Assembly: GCF_009914755.1 (NCBI RefSeq)
Contig: NC_060943.1
Strand: one strand, 5' to 3'
Length of the DNA stretch: 64,000 bases
From: the human T2T-CHM13v2.0 reference genome, Homo sapiens
Part shown: positions 19,694 to 35,736 of the stretch, in pieces
Numbering within the stretch: position 1 is the first letter of the stretch
Layout: each line of letters opens with the position of its first letter
The notes under the pieces: model-generated
Told to the model about the DNA's origin: nothing
The model's database searches: none
The model's input: only the letters and a program-made list of their open reading frames with translations
Made by a program: the position numbers and the translations under genes

Positions 19694-22535
19694 TTTTTTT
19701 TTTTTGTAGAGATAGGGTCTCACTGTGTTGCCCAGGCAGTTCTCGAACTCCTGGGCTCAAACGATGCTTCCGCCTTGGCCTCCCAAAATGTTGGGATTAC
19801 AGGCGTGAGCCAATGTGCCTGGCCCACTTTGTTCTTTTGAGTAAGTTTAATGTTGGGAGTCAGGTAAATGTGTACATACACCAACTCTGTCTTGCAAGTT
19901 GAATATTTTGTCATAACTTATGTTATACTTTAAACCTTTTTTGGTAGGGTGTGAATGCCTCCTCCCCAAACTTGTCATCTGATAGCAATTCTAATCATTC
20001 ACATTCCATTTCTTTTTTTTTTTTTTTGAGGTGGAGTCTCGCTCTGTCACCCAGGCTGGAGTGCAGTAGTGCGATCTCAGCTCACTGCAAGCTCCGCCTC
20101 CTGGGTTCACGCTATTTTCCTGCTTCGGCCTCCTGAGTAGCTGGGACTACAGGCGCCCGCCACCACACCGGCTAATTTTTTTGTATTTTTTAGTAGAGAC
20201 AGGGTTTCACCGTGTTAGCCAAGATGGTCTCGACCTCCTGACCTCGTGATCCGCCCGCCTCGGCCTCCCAAAGTGCTGGGATTATAGGCATGAGCCACCA
20301 CGCCCAGCCTACATTCCATGTCTTTTGTGTATGTTGGTGCCTTGTCTGTCCTCCCCCTGGCACTGAGGTCGCATGCAGTTCTTGGCATTGCGTTGTCTTT
20401 GTCTTCTGTTTCAGCACTGAATTTGCTGTTCACTTCTCTCTCTCTCTCTCTCTCTCTTTGTGCTTGTTCTTGGAGGACTTGAGTGCTTGATTTGCCTGAA
20501 GAATGTTATGTGTCTGTTCAGAAGAGAGATTAGGACCTGCGAAGCTCATGCCTAGAGGGGAGAGTATTCCTGCAGAATTCAGCGTAGGAAAGGAGGCCTC
20601 AGGCACCAGAAGTGTTTGAGAGCAGGAGAGTTCTCAGAAGAGATTGCCTGGGAAATGAGAGCATCGCTGGGGTGAAGTCCCAGCAGCTGCGAGTGTTGAG
20701 GCTGCTGTGAGGTGGCCCATGCTTAGGCTCTGTGTTCCTGGCCAGAGTGAGTCCCCAGCACCGCAACATCTGCAGGAGATGATGCTGGTGGAAGAGGTTT
20801 CCCAAGCCTTTGAAGGGAAAGGTGAGAACTGCCTAAAAAATACAGCACAGAGAAAGCAAGATTTCTGCAATTCATGGCTTGATACTTGATATTCCAGGGA
20901 ATTTTTTTTTTTTTGTCTGAGACTATGGGGCAAGAAAAATGCCAGCGTTCAAACCTGGGAGAATGATAAGTGTTCAGCGTCTGCAGGGGCTGCCTTTATC
21001 TGCTCTTCTAGCCCAAATGGGAGTTGTTTCGCTTTTTTTTTTTTGAGACAGGGTCTTGCTCTGTTGCCCAGGCTGGAGTCCAGCGGTGTGATCTCAGCTC
21101 ACTGCAACCTTGACCTCTAGGGCTCATGCGATCATCTCATCTCAGCCCCTACCCCCACCAGTTGCTGGGACCTCAGACCATGCCCGGCTAACGTTTTGTG
21201 TTTTCTTTGTTTTGTTTTGTTTTGTTTTGAGACAATGTCTTACCCTGTTGCCCAGGCTGGAGTGCAGGGGTGCAATCTCGGCTCACTAAAACTTCCCGCC
21301 CCCCGGGTTCAAGGGATTCTCCTGCCTCAGCCTTCTGGGTAGCTGGGATTGCAGGCACACGTCACCATGCCTGGCTAATTTTTGTATTTTTAGTAGAGAC
21401 GGTTTCACCATCTTGGCCAGGCTGGTCTTGAACTCCTGACCTTGTGATCTGCCCGCCTCAGCCTCCCAAAGTGCTGGGATTACACGCGTGAGCCACCGCA
21501 CCTGGCTGGCTAACGTTTTTATAGAGAGGGGGTTCTCACTTTGTTGCCTAGGCTGGTCTTGAACTCTTGGACTCAAGCAGTCTGCCTGCTTCAGCCTCCC
21601 AAAGTGTTGGGATTCCTGGCCTGAGCCACCATGCTGGCCTTTGGGGTCAGAGTTCAAGGCTCTTCATGAACTAGAAAGCATTGTGCAAATGAAAGGCACC
21701 ATCAGGTCGAGTGAGCGTAGTCATATGAGCAAAGGCAGAGATACAGGATGCGCTTCTGGAATGTTCAGTGGTCTCGAGTAACCTGTTGGTGCCTGCAGAG
21801 GGTGTGCTTCAGTGCCGATGTGGCGATGGGAGTCAGATGTGTGGAAGGGTTTGGTGCCACATTCAAGAGGGTTTTTGCCAAACTCTCGGTAGGACAGTGA
21901 TGTGACTGCTGCAAGGGGATTAGACAAGCAGAAGATATGAAGGGTTTGGTGACTGAGTTCAGTAGAGAGGGTGACAGGCATGCCCTGCAGTAGGCAGCAT
22001 CCTGGTACTTCCAGCTGAGACCGAGGGAGGGCATCCCTGTACAACACCCCCTCCCAGAGCCGAGGGAAGTTCCCTGCGCCGCCCTGCTGGGGAGTGTCAC
22101 ATCCTCCTTGTCCCCACGCCCCCATTGTCATCATTTCTGAAAACAGCTTATGATCCATTGTGATATGCTAAATGTACAATTACTTAGACACCTGGCCTCC
22201 ACCTCCCTTCCTTAGTCACGAAATGATAGGAAAAATGCCCCTCCTTGCCCTTGACTGTTGAGGGGGCTGCTGCGTGTCTGGACTCACAGCTGAGACGCCC
22301 AGCACATGACTGGGCACATCCCCGAGCCTGAGGTAGCCCAGGTCCCCAGGCGTGAGGCCCATTCCCGCACCTGGGAAGCCCTGCTTGTGGCCGGCCCCGC
22401 GTTCTCTAGGGTGGGTGTTGGCCCTGGAGGTTTGCAGGAGCCGAGGGGCTGAATCTCTGCTTGTTTTCCACCCCAGACTGGTCTTCTGAGGACCTCTGCC
22501 CTCTACACAGCGGCCTCTTCAGGTGCAGGGAGGAA

Positions 22536-22568
22536 ATGGAAGCACGTTCTATGCTGGTTCCACCCCAG
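22536..22568 (+). CDS. ZNF544: ZNF544 first coding exon (MEARSMLVPPQ); exon begins at 22477
   Basis: ATG in GAAATGG context; phase-0 donor CAG|GTGAGT; acceptor ttttccaccccag| at 22476. Splices in frame to the KRAB-A exon. N-terminus recognised as ZNF544. Confidence 0.9.
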
Positions 22569-23112
22569 GTGAGTGGGGGGTCTTTGCTCTCAGTGCCTTG
22601 GTCTCCATAGATGTAAAATGGGTCCAGGAATAGCACCCGCCCCTGCAGGCTGTCACACAGGAGCGCTCCGCAGTGCTGGCCAGTGCTTCCCAGTGAAATG
22701 CTCCAGCTCCCTGCAGTAAAGCGCGGCACCCGTCACCAGCATGGACGAGCCTAGAGCTCCCTGCACTAGACCCAGCGCAAGTCTCCCATGCCTGTTCCAC
22801 CAGGCCAGGTCTGTGCTTCCGACATTCTGCTTGTGGTTGCTCCTCAGGCCCTTGAGGGTGGATGGAGCTAGCCCCACACCCCGACAGCCACACTGGGCCC
22901 TCAATCCTCACGGACACCCCTGGCTGGGGGAGTGTCCCCTTAAAGCACTGTAGTTACCTACCTGCAGAGTCCCCTGTAAATGGTGAGGGCCCTCTCTTCC
23001 TGGCTTGCAGACAGCCGTTGTCCGACTGTGTCTTTATGTAGTGAGGAGAGAGAGTGAGAGCACACATGCCCTTTAGTGTCTTTTCCTCTTCTTATTTTAT
23101 TTTTTGACGTAG

Positions 23113-23247
<135 letters not shown>

Positions 23248-23254
23248 TGACTAA

Positions 23255-23425
<171 letters not shown>

Positions 23426-23626
23426 TAGGGTCCCACCCTTGTGACTTCATTTAATCTTAATCACCATTTTTTTTTTTTGAAACGGAGTCTCGCTCTGTTG
23501 CCCAGGCTGGAGTGCAGTGGCACAATCTCAGCTCACTGCAACTCCGCCTCCTGGTTTCAAGCAATTCTCCTGCCTCGGCCTCCCAAGTAGCTGGGATTAC
23601 AGGTGCCCGCCACCACACCCAGCTAA

Positions 23627-23776
<150 letters not shown>

Positions 23777-24788
23777 TAAACAGTTAAAATTAATCACCTT
23801 GTTTGTGGGGTTTTTTTTTTTTTTTTCTTTTGAGATGGAGTCTCACCCTGTCACCCAGGCTGGAGTACAATGGCGCGATCTCAGCTCACTGCAACCTCTG
23901 CCTCCAGGTTCAAGCGATTCTCCTGCTGCAGCCAGGAAGAGTAGCTGGGATTACAGGCATGTGCCACCATGCCTGGCTAATTTTTGTATTTTTAGTAGAG
24001 ACGGGGTTTCACCATGTTGGCCAGGCTGGTCTCGAACTCCTGACCTTGTGATCTGCCCGCCTCGGCCTCCCAAAGTGCTGGGATTACAGGCGTGAGCCAC
24101 CGTGCCCGGTCAATCACCTTCTTCAACAGTCACTTTGGGAGTTAGGGTTCAACATGTGAATTTTGGGAACACAGTTTATTCTATAGCATTAGCCTTTTGA
24201 AAACACACCACAGCCCTGATTTGTCCTACAGGCTGCAGTTTTCCCACCCCGATTTAGAGTGTCTTTCTTACCTCATTTCGAATCTGTGATTTTTGTAGAG
24301 AGGAAGTGGGTGAGGATCTCCTAGTGGAGTTCCTGTCATTTCCAGTCTAGAAATCAGGACCACTGCTGTGACTGGCAAGAGGTGAGATGCCCAGAAAAGG
24401 AATGGTACAGACCACATACATGGAGCTGTCCCAGTCCGTTTGGGTTGCTATAATAAGATACCTTAGAGTGAGCAATTTACAAACAACAGAATTGACTGCT
24501 CATAGTTCTGGAGGCTGGTAAGTCCAAGATCAATGTGTCAACAGAGTTGGTCTGGTTGGGGCCTGCTGTCTCATAGATGGCACCTCTTACATGTCCTCAT
24601 ATGGTAGAAGGTGAACACAGGCTCCCTCAAGCCTCTTTTATGAGGACATTAATTGCCTTGTAAAGACCCCACCTCTTAACACTATCTCACTGGGTATTAG
24701 GTTCCAATGTATGAATTTTACGGGGGGACACCAACATTTAGGCCTTAACAGGTACCTCCGTGAGGGCATGAGGACCTGGGGTCTCTGA

Positions 24789-25100
<312 letters not shown>

Positions 25101-25222
25101 TGACTTGTAGTCCTAACAGTGGGGAGTTTCCTCGGGACAGCACTAGGGGCTGAAGCTTGGACCCAGGACATGGTTCTTGGTGTCCAAGCAGAGGGGCAAG
25201 TCCTTTTTCCGTCTTTGACCAG

Positions 25223-25306
25223 GGCTTTTCCTTTCCAAATCTGATGTGATCTCTCAGCTGGAGCAAGAAGAGGACCTGTGCAGGGCAGAGCAGGAGGCCC
25301 CCCGAG
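25223..25306 (+). CDS. ZNF544: ZNF544 KRAB-B exon
   Basis: 84-nt phase 1-1 exon, gaccag|...GAG|GTAAGA; (G)LFLSKSDVISQLEQEEDLCRAEQEAPR. Confidence 0.95.
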
Positions 25307-25622
25307 GTAAGAGCAGACCTTGTGGTGAGCAGCTCAACGTTTAACAAGCTTGGACAGAGAGCTCTCCGCAGGGCCCCAGGGGCCAAGGAGGGAGCCTTGT
25401 TTGGAGGAAGCCTCCTTGGGTGCTCTTTGCAGCAGTTCACCCATTCAAAGGAGTTCACCAATTCGAAGTATGCAGTTCATGGCTTCCAGTGTCTTCCCTG
25501 AGTGTGGAACCCTCACCACAATCAGTTCTAGAACATGTTCATCATCCCAACCATTTAGGCCTCTTTACTTGATTTGTTTTTTTTTAATTAATGTATTTAT
25601 TTATTTATTTATTTTGAGATAG

Positions 25623-25936
<314 letters not shown>

Positions 25937-26269
25937 TAATTTTTTGTATTTTTAGTGGAGACAGAGTTTCACCGTGTTAGCCAGGATGGTCTTGATCTCC
26001 TGACCTCATGATCCGCCCGCCTCAGCCTCCCAAAGTGCTGAGATTACAGGTGTGAGCCATCACGCCTGGCCCTAATTTTGTATTTTTATTAGAGGTGGGG
26101 TTTCTCCATGTTGGTCAGGCTGGTCTCGAACTCCCGACCTCAGGTGATCCACCTGCCTCAGCCTCCCAAAGTGCCGGGATTACAGGTATGAGCCACTGCA
26201 CCTGGCCATTAATTTTTGTATTTTTAATGGAGATAGGGTTTCATCATGTTGCCCAGGCTAATAGACTTT

Positions 26270-27194
<925 letters not shown>

Positions 27195-27724
27195 TGTTAC
27201 TGGTGGAGGATGTGCAGGTTCTTGGCATTTTGAACAAAGAATTGGACAAAATGCATAAAACAATGAAAGAATGAAGCAAAAAAAGCATAGATTTATCAAA
27301 ATGAAAGTACACTCCACACAATGGGAGTGGTCTGGAGCAAGCAGCTCAAGAGCACTGGTTACAGAATTTTCTGGGGTTTAAATCCCGAGAGGTTTCCCAT
27401 TGGTTACTTGGTTTATATCCTCTGTAAATGAAGTAGTGGCCCATAACTAGTCTGATTGGTTGGGGAAGGTGACCAACAGAGGCTGAAGTGAAGTTACAAA
27501 GTTACACCTCTATGCAGATGAAAACTAGGCCAGTGACCAGTCTCATTGGTTGCAGGAAGAGGTACTTTCCATTTTTCATCTGCGACACAGAAGGCGGGGG
27601 TTGCCTCTGATCCTTTTGTTATTTGGGGCATGGAAAGTTTGGGTTTTCCTTTTGATTCAGTTCCAGGAAGTCAGCATTAATCACCCTTAGGTTTCTTGCC
27701 TCCATACCCTGTTCTCATACCTCA
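27195..27724 (-). mobile_element. 3' LTR of the provirus (MER51-like)
   Basis: Minus strand TGAGGTATGAGAACAGGG...CCACCAGTAACA; preceded on the minus strand by the purine tract GGGGGGAAA (27725-27733). Confidence 0.9.
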
Positions 27725-27849
27725 TTTCCCCCCGAAAGACATGATCCTCATAAATCTTTATGGGAGGTAAAGGGATTGATAGTCTTTCTTCTGTAACTGC
27801 TTTATGCTGACCTGAGGCACAGTCCCTACGTACTGGGGAATCACAGGAC

Positions 27850-29730
27850 TCTCTCCCCGCCCTGTCTAGTGGAGACAGGATAGCTTCTTGATGGCCAGGG
27901 GTGGTGTCTCCACCTGGAACTGGCTGGAAACATTGTCACATGATCATCTGAAGCTTGATGGTCTCTAGGTGACAGGAAATGAATTTGGTTAAGAGTTTAA
28001 CAAACATGGTCCAAAAACCAAGGCAAGTATAGTCATTACTAATGGGCTGGCCAGAGGAAGGAGCCATGAACCCCAACTTAGCATTTTTGACCAGGAGCCC
28101 CATGACTCAGATAGCTGTTGTTGTATTTTAGAGGCCCAGTTGGGTAGTTTTTGGGTGGCATTTGTTACTAATCCTCATTGTTCGGCATAAAAACAGCATT
28201 CTTCCTCTAGAAAAAGACCTAAGCCCCCCTTTACAGCAGTTAGGAGATCTCGTCCCCTTCTGTTTTGCCAAGCAACTGCTGCTGAGGCATCTATTTGATT
28301 TCGTATGGTGATGATACTTTGGCCAATGTCTCTATTTTTTCTTTTTTACTTTGGGCAATGTCATTCAAGCTTTCCATAAAATCCTTGGAAAAGCATTGGT
28401 AATAGGATAGGGATGTTACAACCCGGCTGACTCCCATTCCCAGTCCCGCGGTTATTTGTAGTCCTACCAAAAGGGATGTGAGTTGGATGGTTCATTTGTG
28501 TCTGGCAATTGCAGTTAAAGGTATAATGAGGGATTGGTTCTTGGGAGCTATATTAATTTCACAGGCTAAATAAACAAGTGTAAAGGTTCTAGTCCAATTG
28601 GCTGGTAAACATAAGTAAGAACTAGTTCCACACAGGTAAAAGGCTCCTAGTTTTTCAAGACAAGAATTTTCTATGGTGAACATGTGGGTTAGCTTGTTGT
28701 TTTCACTTTCCCAAGTGGTTAAGGTCCCTGTGAAGGTGGCCCCAGTTAAAGGCTGGAAAGGACCTTGGGAAATATTCTGAGTTGCCCCAGCAGTTCTGTT
28801 TTCCCATTGGAGGTAATTAGGCTTAGTGTCTACCAACAAGCATCCAGAGGTGTTTCGTACTGGGGAACCAAAAGATAACTAGATGTCTGAGGATTAGTGC
28901 AGTCTTCCCAAGGGAAAATATGATCATAGCTAGTGGGCTTACCTTGGCAGTACTTAGACTGTGTATCCTTTGAAGTGTCCTTATCTAGGGATGGTTTCCA
29001 TGAAAACCATACAGGTTTTCTAAATGACACAGTCTGGGTAACTGCCTAGCTTATGTAATCATGTGAGGGGTTAATAATCTCTAGGGTGTAGTTACACTGA
29101 TGACTTTTCAAGGTTCCCAGGGCCTGACCAAAATTTTGGCTTCTCTTAATACAAAGTGGCACCTGGAATTTTAGCTCTGTGTACATTGATATTGGGCCCC
29201 AAATGGGTTTCTGTGGGATGCAACCCCAGAAAGGGTACTCTGATAGTACTGGAGAAGGTTTACTGCTTGTCCTGTCATCGTAGTTCATGTTTTTTTCCCC
29301 AAGGCCAAAGATTGGGCTGGGATTGGGGTGGTAGTGTATTTGAATGATGCTGGAGATAACCAAAGCCAACAGTCTTTGCCAGAGCTGGGCTGGTGGTATT
29401 TAACTGTCTTTGAGTTAAATGTAAAGTTTTTAATAAATACCCAGAATCCATTAACTGCTGGAGGGGTAAAGTGAAGCTCTGTTGTAAAATAAAGCTGATT
29501 CCCATTATGCGTGGTCCTGTATACACAGGCTGTGGGTGACCATTATGGAACCAAAAAATACTTATTTGTTATTTTGTGCTATAGAATAGGAACTTCAGGG
29601 GTGGATACCTATGCTGTCAGGAATGCTTGTTATAAGAATTAATTAAAACACTTTGCTTAATTATTACAAAGGAAGTTATTCCATTTGTTTAGAAGAAAGC
29701 AATTAAATTGTAGAAGTATAACAATGGCTA
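27850..29730 (-). pseudogene. Gamma-type env relic (SU plus TM)
   Basis: Minus-strand translation gives ARHK*TIQLTSLLVGLQITAGLGMGV (furin site and fusion peptide) and AVAWQNRRGRDLLTAVKGGLGLFLEEECCFY (degenerate immunosuppressive domain and CX6CC). Multiple stops. Ends approximate. Confidence 0.9.
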
Positions 29731-29799
29731 CTATTATCCAGTTTAAAGTAACTAAGCAACAAAGACACCAAGGAAAGTTGGTAGGCTTTTACTTATCTT

Positions 29800-30655
29800 T
29801 TGGCTGTCTTTTAAACAGGTACTTCAGGTCTTTCACAAGTCACAGGTGTAGTGGCTGATGGGAGCTTCAGGTTCCCGGTCTGGGACTTCACATAACACAG
29901 GCTTGACACCAGAAAGATGTATCCAACTATCTAATCCTAGTACTTTGACCCCAGAAGGCATGGCCAGTACTGAAAATGGTCCCTTCCACTTTGATTGTAA
30001 TTATTGAGCAGGTGATCCCTCCTTCTATGTTTTAACAGGTACCTTGTCTGTTGGCCTGATTTTGGGTTGGTGGTTAGTTCCTGGTGTGGGGAGCTTTTGA
30101 GTTCCAAACTCTTGTAAAGCCTGCTGAAATAATCCCAGGTTAACTAGGTATTTTACTAAACTGGATGTTTCTGGATCAGAGATTAGATCATTAGTTAAAA
30201 ATGGCCTTTTGTATAACATTTGTGTGGGCTCATAATAATTTTTTCTCTAGGGGAATTATGGATTCTTAAGAGGGCTATGGGCAGTAAGCAGATCCAAGTT
30301 TCTGATGTTTCCTGACATAGGAACTCCTATTTTAGAGTTAGCTAAGCTCTTTCCACTTTTTTGGAGGATTGAGGTCTCCATGCTGAATGTAAATAATAGT
30401 TGATTCTGAGAACCTTAGCAACCCCTTGAGTTATTTGGGAGACAAAAGATGGGCTGTTATCACTTTGGAGGCTTTGAGGTAACCCAAACCAGGGGATTAT
30501 TTCCTTTAAGAGAACCTTTATAACTTCATTAAACTTCTCTGTTCTGGTAGGGTACACTTCAACCCAGCCAATAAAGGTGTCTGTTAGTACTGGCAGAAAC
30601 TTTTATCCTTTGCAAGCTGGCATATCAGTGAGGTCTAATTGCCAGTCTTCCCCTT
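29800..30655 (-). pseudogene. Integrase fragment of pol
   Basis: GEDWQLDLTDMP ... EIIPWFGLPQSLQSDNSPSFVSQITQGVAKVLRINYYLHSAWRPQSSKKVERA ... WKGPFSV: DDE core and GPY/F module. Confidence 0.9.
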
Positions 30656-32116
30656 TAACTTTAGCCAATATATTCACACACAGAATCCCTTCTACAATTA
30701 ATTTTTCATAAACCTTCTACAGCTTGTCTTTTAACCCTCCAAACTTTGGCAAGAAATCCATATTCTCATGCCTTTTACCAAAAGTACATTCTACTTTTTT
30801 TACATGAATCCTTTTCACGACTTACACAGACCTTCTATGACATGCCTGGACTTTCTGACTTGTCCTAAACATCCCTCTTTAAACAACCATTCATTTAACT
30901 TTAGGGCAAGAATTTACCATACAGGATCCTGTCTCATACAAAATTATTATTGCTACATCCTTCCCTACCAAGAATACATCTTCATATACATAACTTTCTT
31001 CACCTCTCTCTCCCGTACTTACTGGTTTCTTACTACCTTGTTTCATAAATAACCCTTTTTTTTAAGTCAACAACCTGAATCAACCTTTAGACAACCTCTG
31101 AACTACACAAAATCATTTCTTTCTTACCAATAGCACATCTTTTTTGGCACCTTTTGTATACAGAATCATTTGTTAACTAGAATTCTTATCCTTAGTAACC
31201 TTAAATTTTAGTGAAACCCTAAAAAGCAAGAAATCCTGAACTATTAGATATGAGCATTTTATAGATGAGAAGAATTCCACAACTTTTAGAAACATATTTC
31301 CCCGTATCATAATCCTTCCTTTTTATTTATTTATTATCATTATGTTTTTGAGACGGAGTCTTGCTCTGTCACCAGGCTAGAGTGCAGTGGCACAATCTCG
31401 GCTCACTGCAACCTCTGACTCCCTGGTTCAAGCAATTCTCCAGCCTCAACCTCCCGAGTAGCTGGGATTACAGGCACGTGCCGCCACACCCAGCTCACTT
31501 TTATATTTTTAGTAGAGACGGGGTTTCACCATGTTGGCCAGGATGGGCTCGATTTCCTGACCTTGTGATCCACCCACCTTGGCCTCCCAAAGTGCTGGGA
31601 TTATAGGCGTGAGCCACCGCACCCAACCCATAATCCTTTCTTAATTGGAAATGACCCAGATATCCAATGAACATCAAAAACAATTTTAAGATTTTAAGTT
31701 ACACAAAGAGTTTACCTAAAACATTTATCCCAATTTCATTTACTCAATTCTTTCATTTTAACATTTTATCTAGATTACTTCTGAAAACTAAGATAGTAGA
31801 CACCATCCTCTAAAGTTATTTCCTTGTTAGCCATTTTTTTATTACCAATGAATATCATTTGCTCACTGAAAAAAAGCCTCAAAGTTAAATACACAGGTAT
31901 TTTTGCCAATAACTCAGAAGATTCAGCTAACAACATTAAATTAGTCTGATTTGTTTATTTATTTTTTGAGACAGAGCCTTGCTCTTTTGCCCAGGCTGGA
32001 GTACAGAGGCACAATCTCAGCTCACTGCAACCTTCATCTCCTGGGTTCAAGTGATTCTCCTGCATCAGCCTCCTGAGTAGCTGGGACAACAGGCATGCAC
32101 CACCACATCCAGTTAA

Positions 32117-32254
<138 letters not shown>

Positions 32255-32547
32255 TAGTCTCATTTGTCAAAGAAAGCATACAAACCAGGACCATTTTTTG
32301 TTTTGGCTGGGTTAATACCTTTATAACCTTCTGTGCCAAACACTGACACCTTAAAATATCTTGCAAAGACAAATATAAAACCATATATGTTGACAATTCT
32401 GAAGACATTTCTATTTTCATTTTACCAATAATTTTAAAGCCAACTTCTTTAGTAAAGATTTACTTAAGTCGGCTGGGTGCGGTGGCTCACGCCTGTAATC
32501 CCAGGCAGGCGGATCACGAGGTCAGGAGATCAAGACCATCCTGGCTA

Positions 32548-32956
<409 letters not shown>

Positions 32957-33323
32957 TATTGTCTGTAAGAGAGAAAATCCTAGGGAGGGTGTAGTACTAT
33001 TCCTCAGAACCTCAGCCTAGGGTGTCCCCTTTGGAGAGGTTGAGGTCTGGAGTTGGATCCCCTAGAGGATCCCCCTTTGGGGTCCAATCTTAGAGTGTCA
33101 GACATCTCTGACTTTAGGTGGGCACCAGTGCTGCTTTATATGTTTTCCCTCCAGTGGCGATGGTCTACTGTGAGCTTTCCTTTGGTTCCTGGGCGTAATC
33201 CCAGACTTTTAGTATCCCACTAATTTCAGTGTGATGTATCTTCCTGCATTCCTCACAGGACTAAGGAGGTTCTGAAACATTGCAGAGTTAATAGTACCAA
33301 GGTTGGTGGGGTATTCTCTGTGA

Positions 33324-33635
<312 letters not shown>

Positions 33636-34724
33636 TGATCTACCCGCCTCAGCCTCCCAAAGTGCTGGGATTACAGGTGTGAGCCACAGCGCCCGGCCTT
33701 AGACGGAGTTTTGGTCTTGTTGCCCAGGCTGGCTGGAGTGCAGTGGCATGATCTCGGGTCACTGCAACCTCCGCCTCCCGAGTTCAAGCAGTTCTCCTGC
33801 CTCAGCCTCCTGAGTAGCTGGGGATTACAGGCGTGTGCCACCATGCCCAGCCAATTTTTTTGTATTTTTAGTAGAGCTGGGTTTTCACCATGTTGGCCAG
33901 GCTGGTCTCAAACTCCTGACCTCAGGTGATCCACCCGCCTTGGCCTCCCAAAGTGCAGAGATTACAGGTGTGAGCCACTGCACCTGGCTGGGGTTGAGAA
34001 TTTCTGTGAGATTCAGGGCAAGCAAATTGATGCAGAAGCAATGACCGTCAACCTATGGGATCCCCTCAGTGAAGTCTGAGATGTAGAATGTCTACTGAAG
34101 CTTGTGGATCCCAAAGGTCTTCAGACAGTCAAATAAATCGAGTAAGAGAAGGTAAGTCAAATGCATGAGATACATTATCTTTTGCCCTTACAGGCTGACT
34201 TTAAGGAGAATTTTGCATAAGAAAAGAGGATTTAAGTCACCTGAAATATGCGTGAGTTCGCCCTGGATGAGCTGCCGCTGCCAGTTGCATCACAGATAGA
34301 GATCAGGGACTGTAACCGGAAAATAGAGAAAAGAGTCTTTTCCCCTTCTGGGCAGGGCAGCTATCCCCATTTACGCCTTGGCCTTCAGGCAACACCAGAG
34401 GGTGGCCCTGGCCAGCTGCCCTCAGTTACCAAGGAACTAGTAGGAAACGGCAGCTGAAAGATTTTCTGAAAAAGAGAAAAAGGAAAAGGACTAAGGTCCT
34501 TCACCCGAACTGGGTGGTAGCGGTCAGGCACTTCCACACAGAAATCTTTCCGTTTCACCAGAGAGTGGCTCCGGCCAGAAACTTACAGTTGCTTGCATGC
34601 TTATGTGCTGTCCACCAAGGATCCGTAAGTTGGAAAGGGAAAAAGAGAGAGAGAAAAGGATTCCCCTATATGGAAAAGGGAAAACAAAAAGAGAAAAGAA
34701 AGAAATCCCAAACTTCGAGCCTAC

Positions 34725-34742
34725 CTCCTGGCTGGCTCACCA
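34725..34742 (-). other. Primer-binding site, tRNA-Arg(ACG)
   Basis: + strand CTCCTGGCTGGCTCACCA versus tRNA-Arg-ACG 3' end CTCCTGGCTGGCTCGCCA (17/18; the mismatch is at a CpG); 5 nt from the 5' LTR edge. Confidence 0.85.
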
Positions 34743-34782
34743 AAATATGTTACCAGTGGAGGGTGTCTATGTTCTTGGCATT

Positions 34783-35736
34783 GTGTTCTTTTACTTTTTT
34801 TTTTTTGAGATGGAGTCTTGTTGTACCCAAGCGAGTTAAAAATACACCACACTTTGAGACGAATTAAGAGTCCTTAATTAAGCCGGCGGCCAAAGAGACG
34901 GCTAATGCTCAAAATTCTCTCGGCCTCGAGGAAGGGGCTTGATTAACTTTTATACCTAGGTTTAGGAAGGGGAGAGGGACTCAAATGCAATAAGTCTACA
35001 GAAGTAAAAACATGCAAGAATCAACAGAAGCAAAATGGTTACAGAGAGATAAACAACTTAAACGGTTACAAGAAGAGCAACGGTACCACGTGCAAGGTTC
35101 TAAATCTTTCATTATAATTAGATATATAGGGTCTATGCCGGACACAAACTCAAGGTTTTCTGTTGTTATCTCTTTGAGAAAAATCCTGGGAACTTCATAC
35201 ATTGTTGGTGTTAGTACCTTATCAGTTAATTGGGCTCTTTTGAAATGCTGAGGATCTGTTTACCCAGGCCAACTCCTTAGGAAAGGGGGTTGGGTAAGGA
35301 GCCCTTAGTGTCTTGTAAATTAAGGAGTCAATTGGAGTTTGTCCGGCCTTCCCAGCTAGAGAGAGTCTTATTTACATGAGAAGCAAGGCTAGGTGATTAA
35401 AGAGACAAGCAGGACAAAATTCAAAGTAACCAGTTAGAGTAAAAACAAGCTTAGGCATTTCAGTCTCACTCTGTTGCCCAAGCTGGAGTGCAGTGGCACG
35501 ATCTCTGCTCACTGCAAGCTCCGCCTCCCAGGTTCACGCCATTCTCCTGCCTGAGCCTCCTGAGTAGGTGGGACTACAGGCACCCACCACCACGCCCGTC
35601 TAATTTTTTGTATTTTTATTAGAGACGGGTTTTCACCATGTTAGCCAGGATGGTCTCGATCTCCTGACCTCGTGATCCACCCGCCTCGGCCTCCCAAAGT
35701 GCTGGGATTACAGGCATGAGCCACCACGCCTGGCTG
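34783..35736 (-). mobile_element. AluY inside the 5' LTR
   Basis: TSD gttcttggcatt (34771-34782 and 35737-35748); AluY diagnostics caagctcc, ttcacgccatt, atggtctcgatc. Confidence 0.9.
34819..35462 (-). mobile_element. Solo LTR (LTR6/HERV-S71(HERV-T)-like) inserted inside the AluY
   Basis: TG...CA termini (TGTTGTACCC...GGCATTTCA), 4-bp TSD GTCT; the Alu sequence resumes exactly afterwards. Family assignment from memory. Confidence 0.8.

Noticed and set aside
20470-20890. Unique purine-rich stretch with GTGAG donors, considered as a SCAN-domain relic or extra exon
   Set aside because: No convincing SCAN motifs in any frame; it may be a UTR exon but I cannot support that from sequence.
28492-29526. 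Possible co-opted soluble Env (SU ending at the furin-site stop)
   Set aside because: SU is broken into several short ORFs by stops and frameshifts; no continuous frame from a signal peptide.
34725-34742. tRNA-like sequence
   Set aside because: Only the 18-nt 3' end including CCA, next to an LTR: a PBS, not a tRNA gene.
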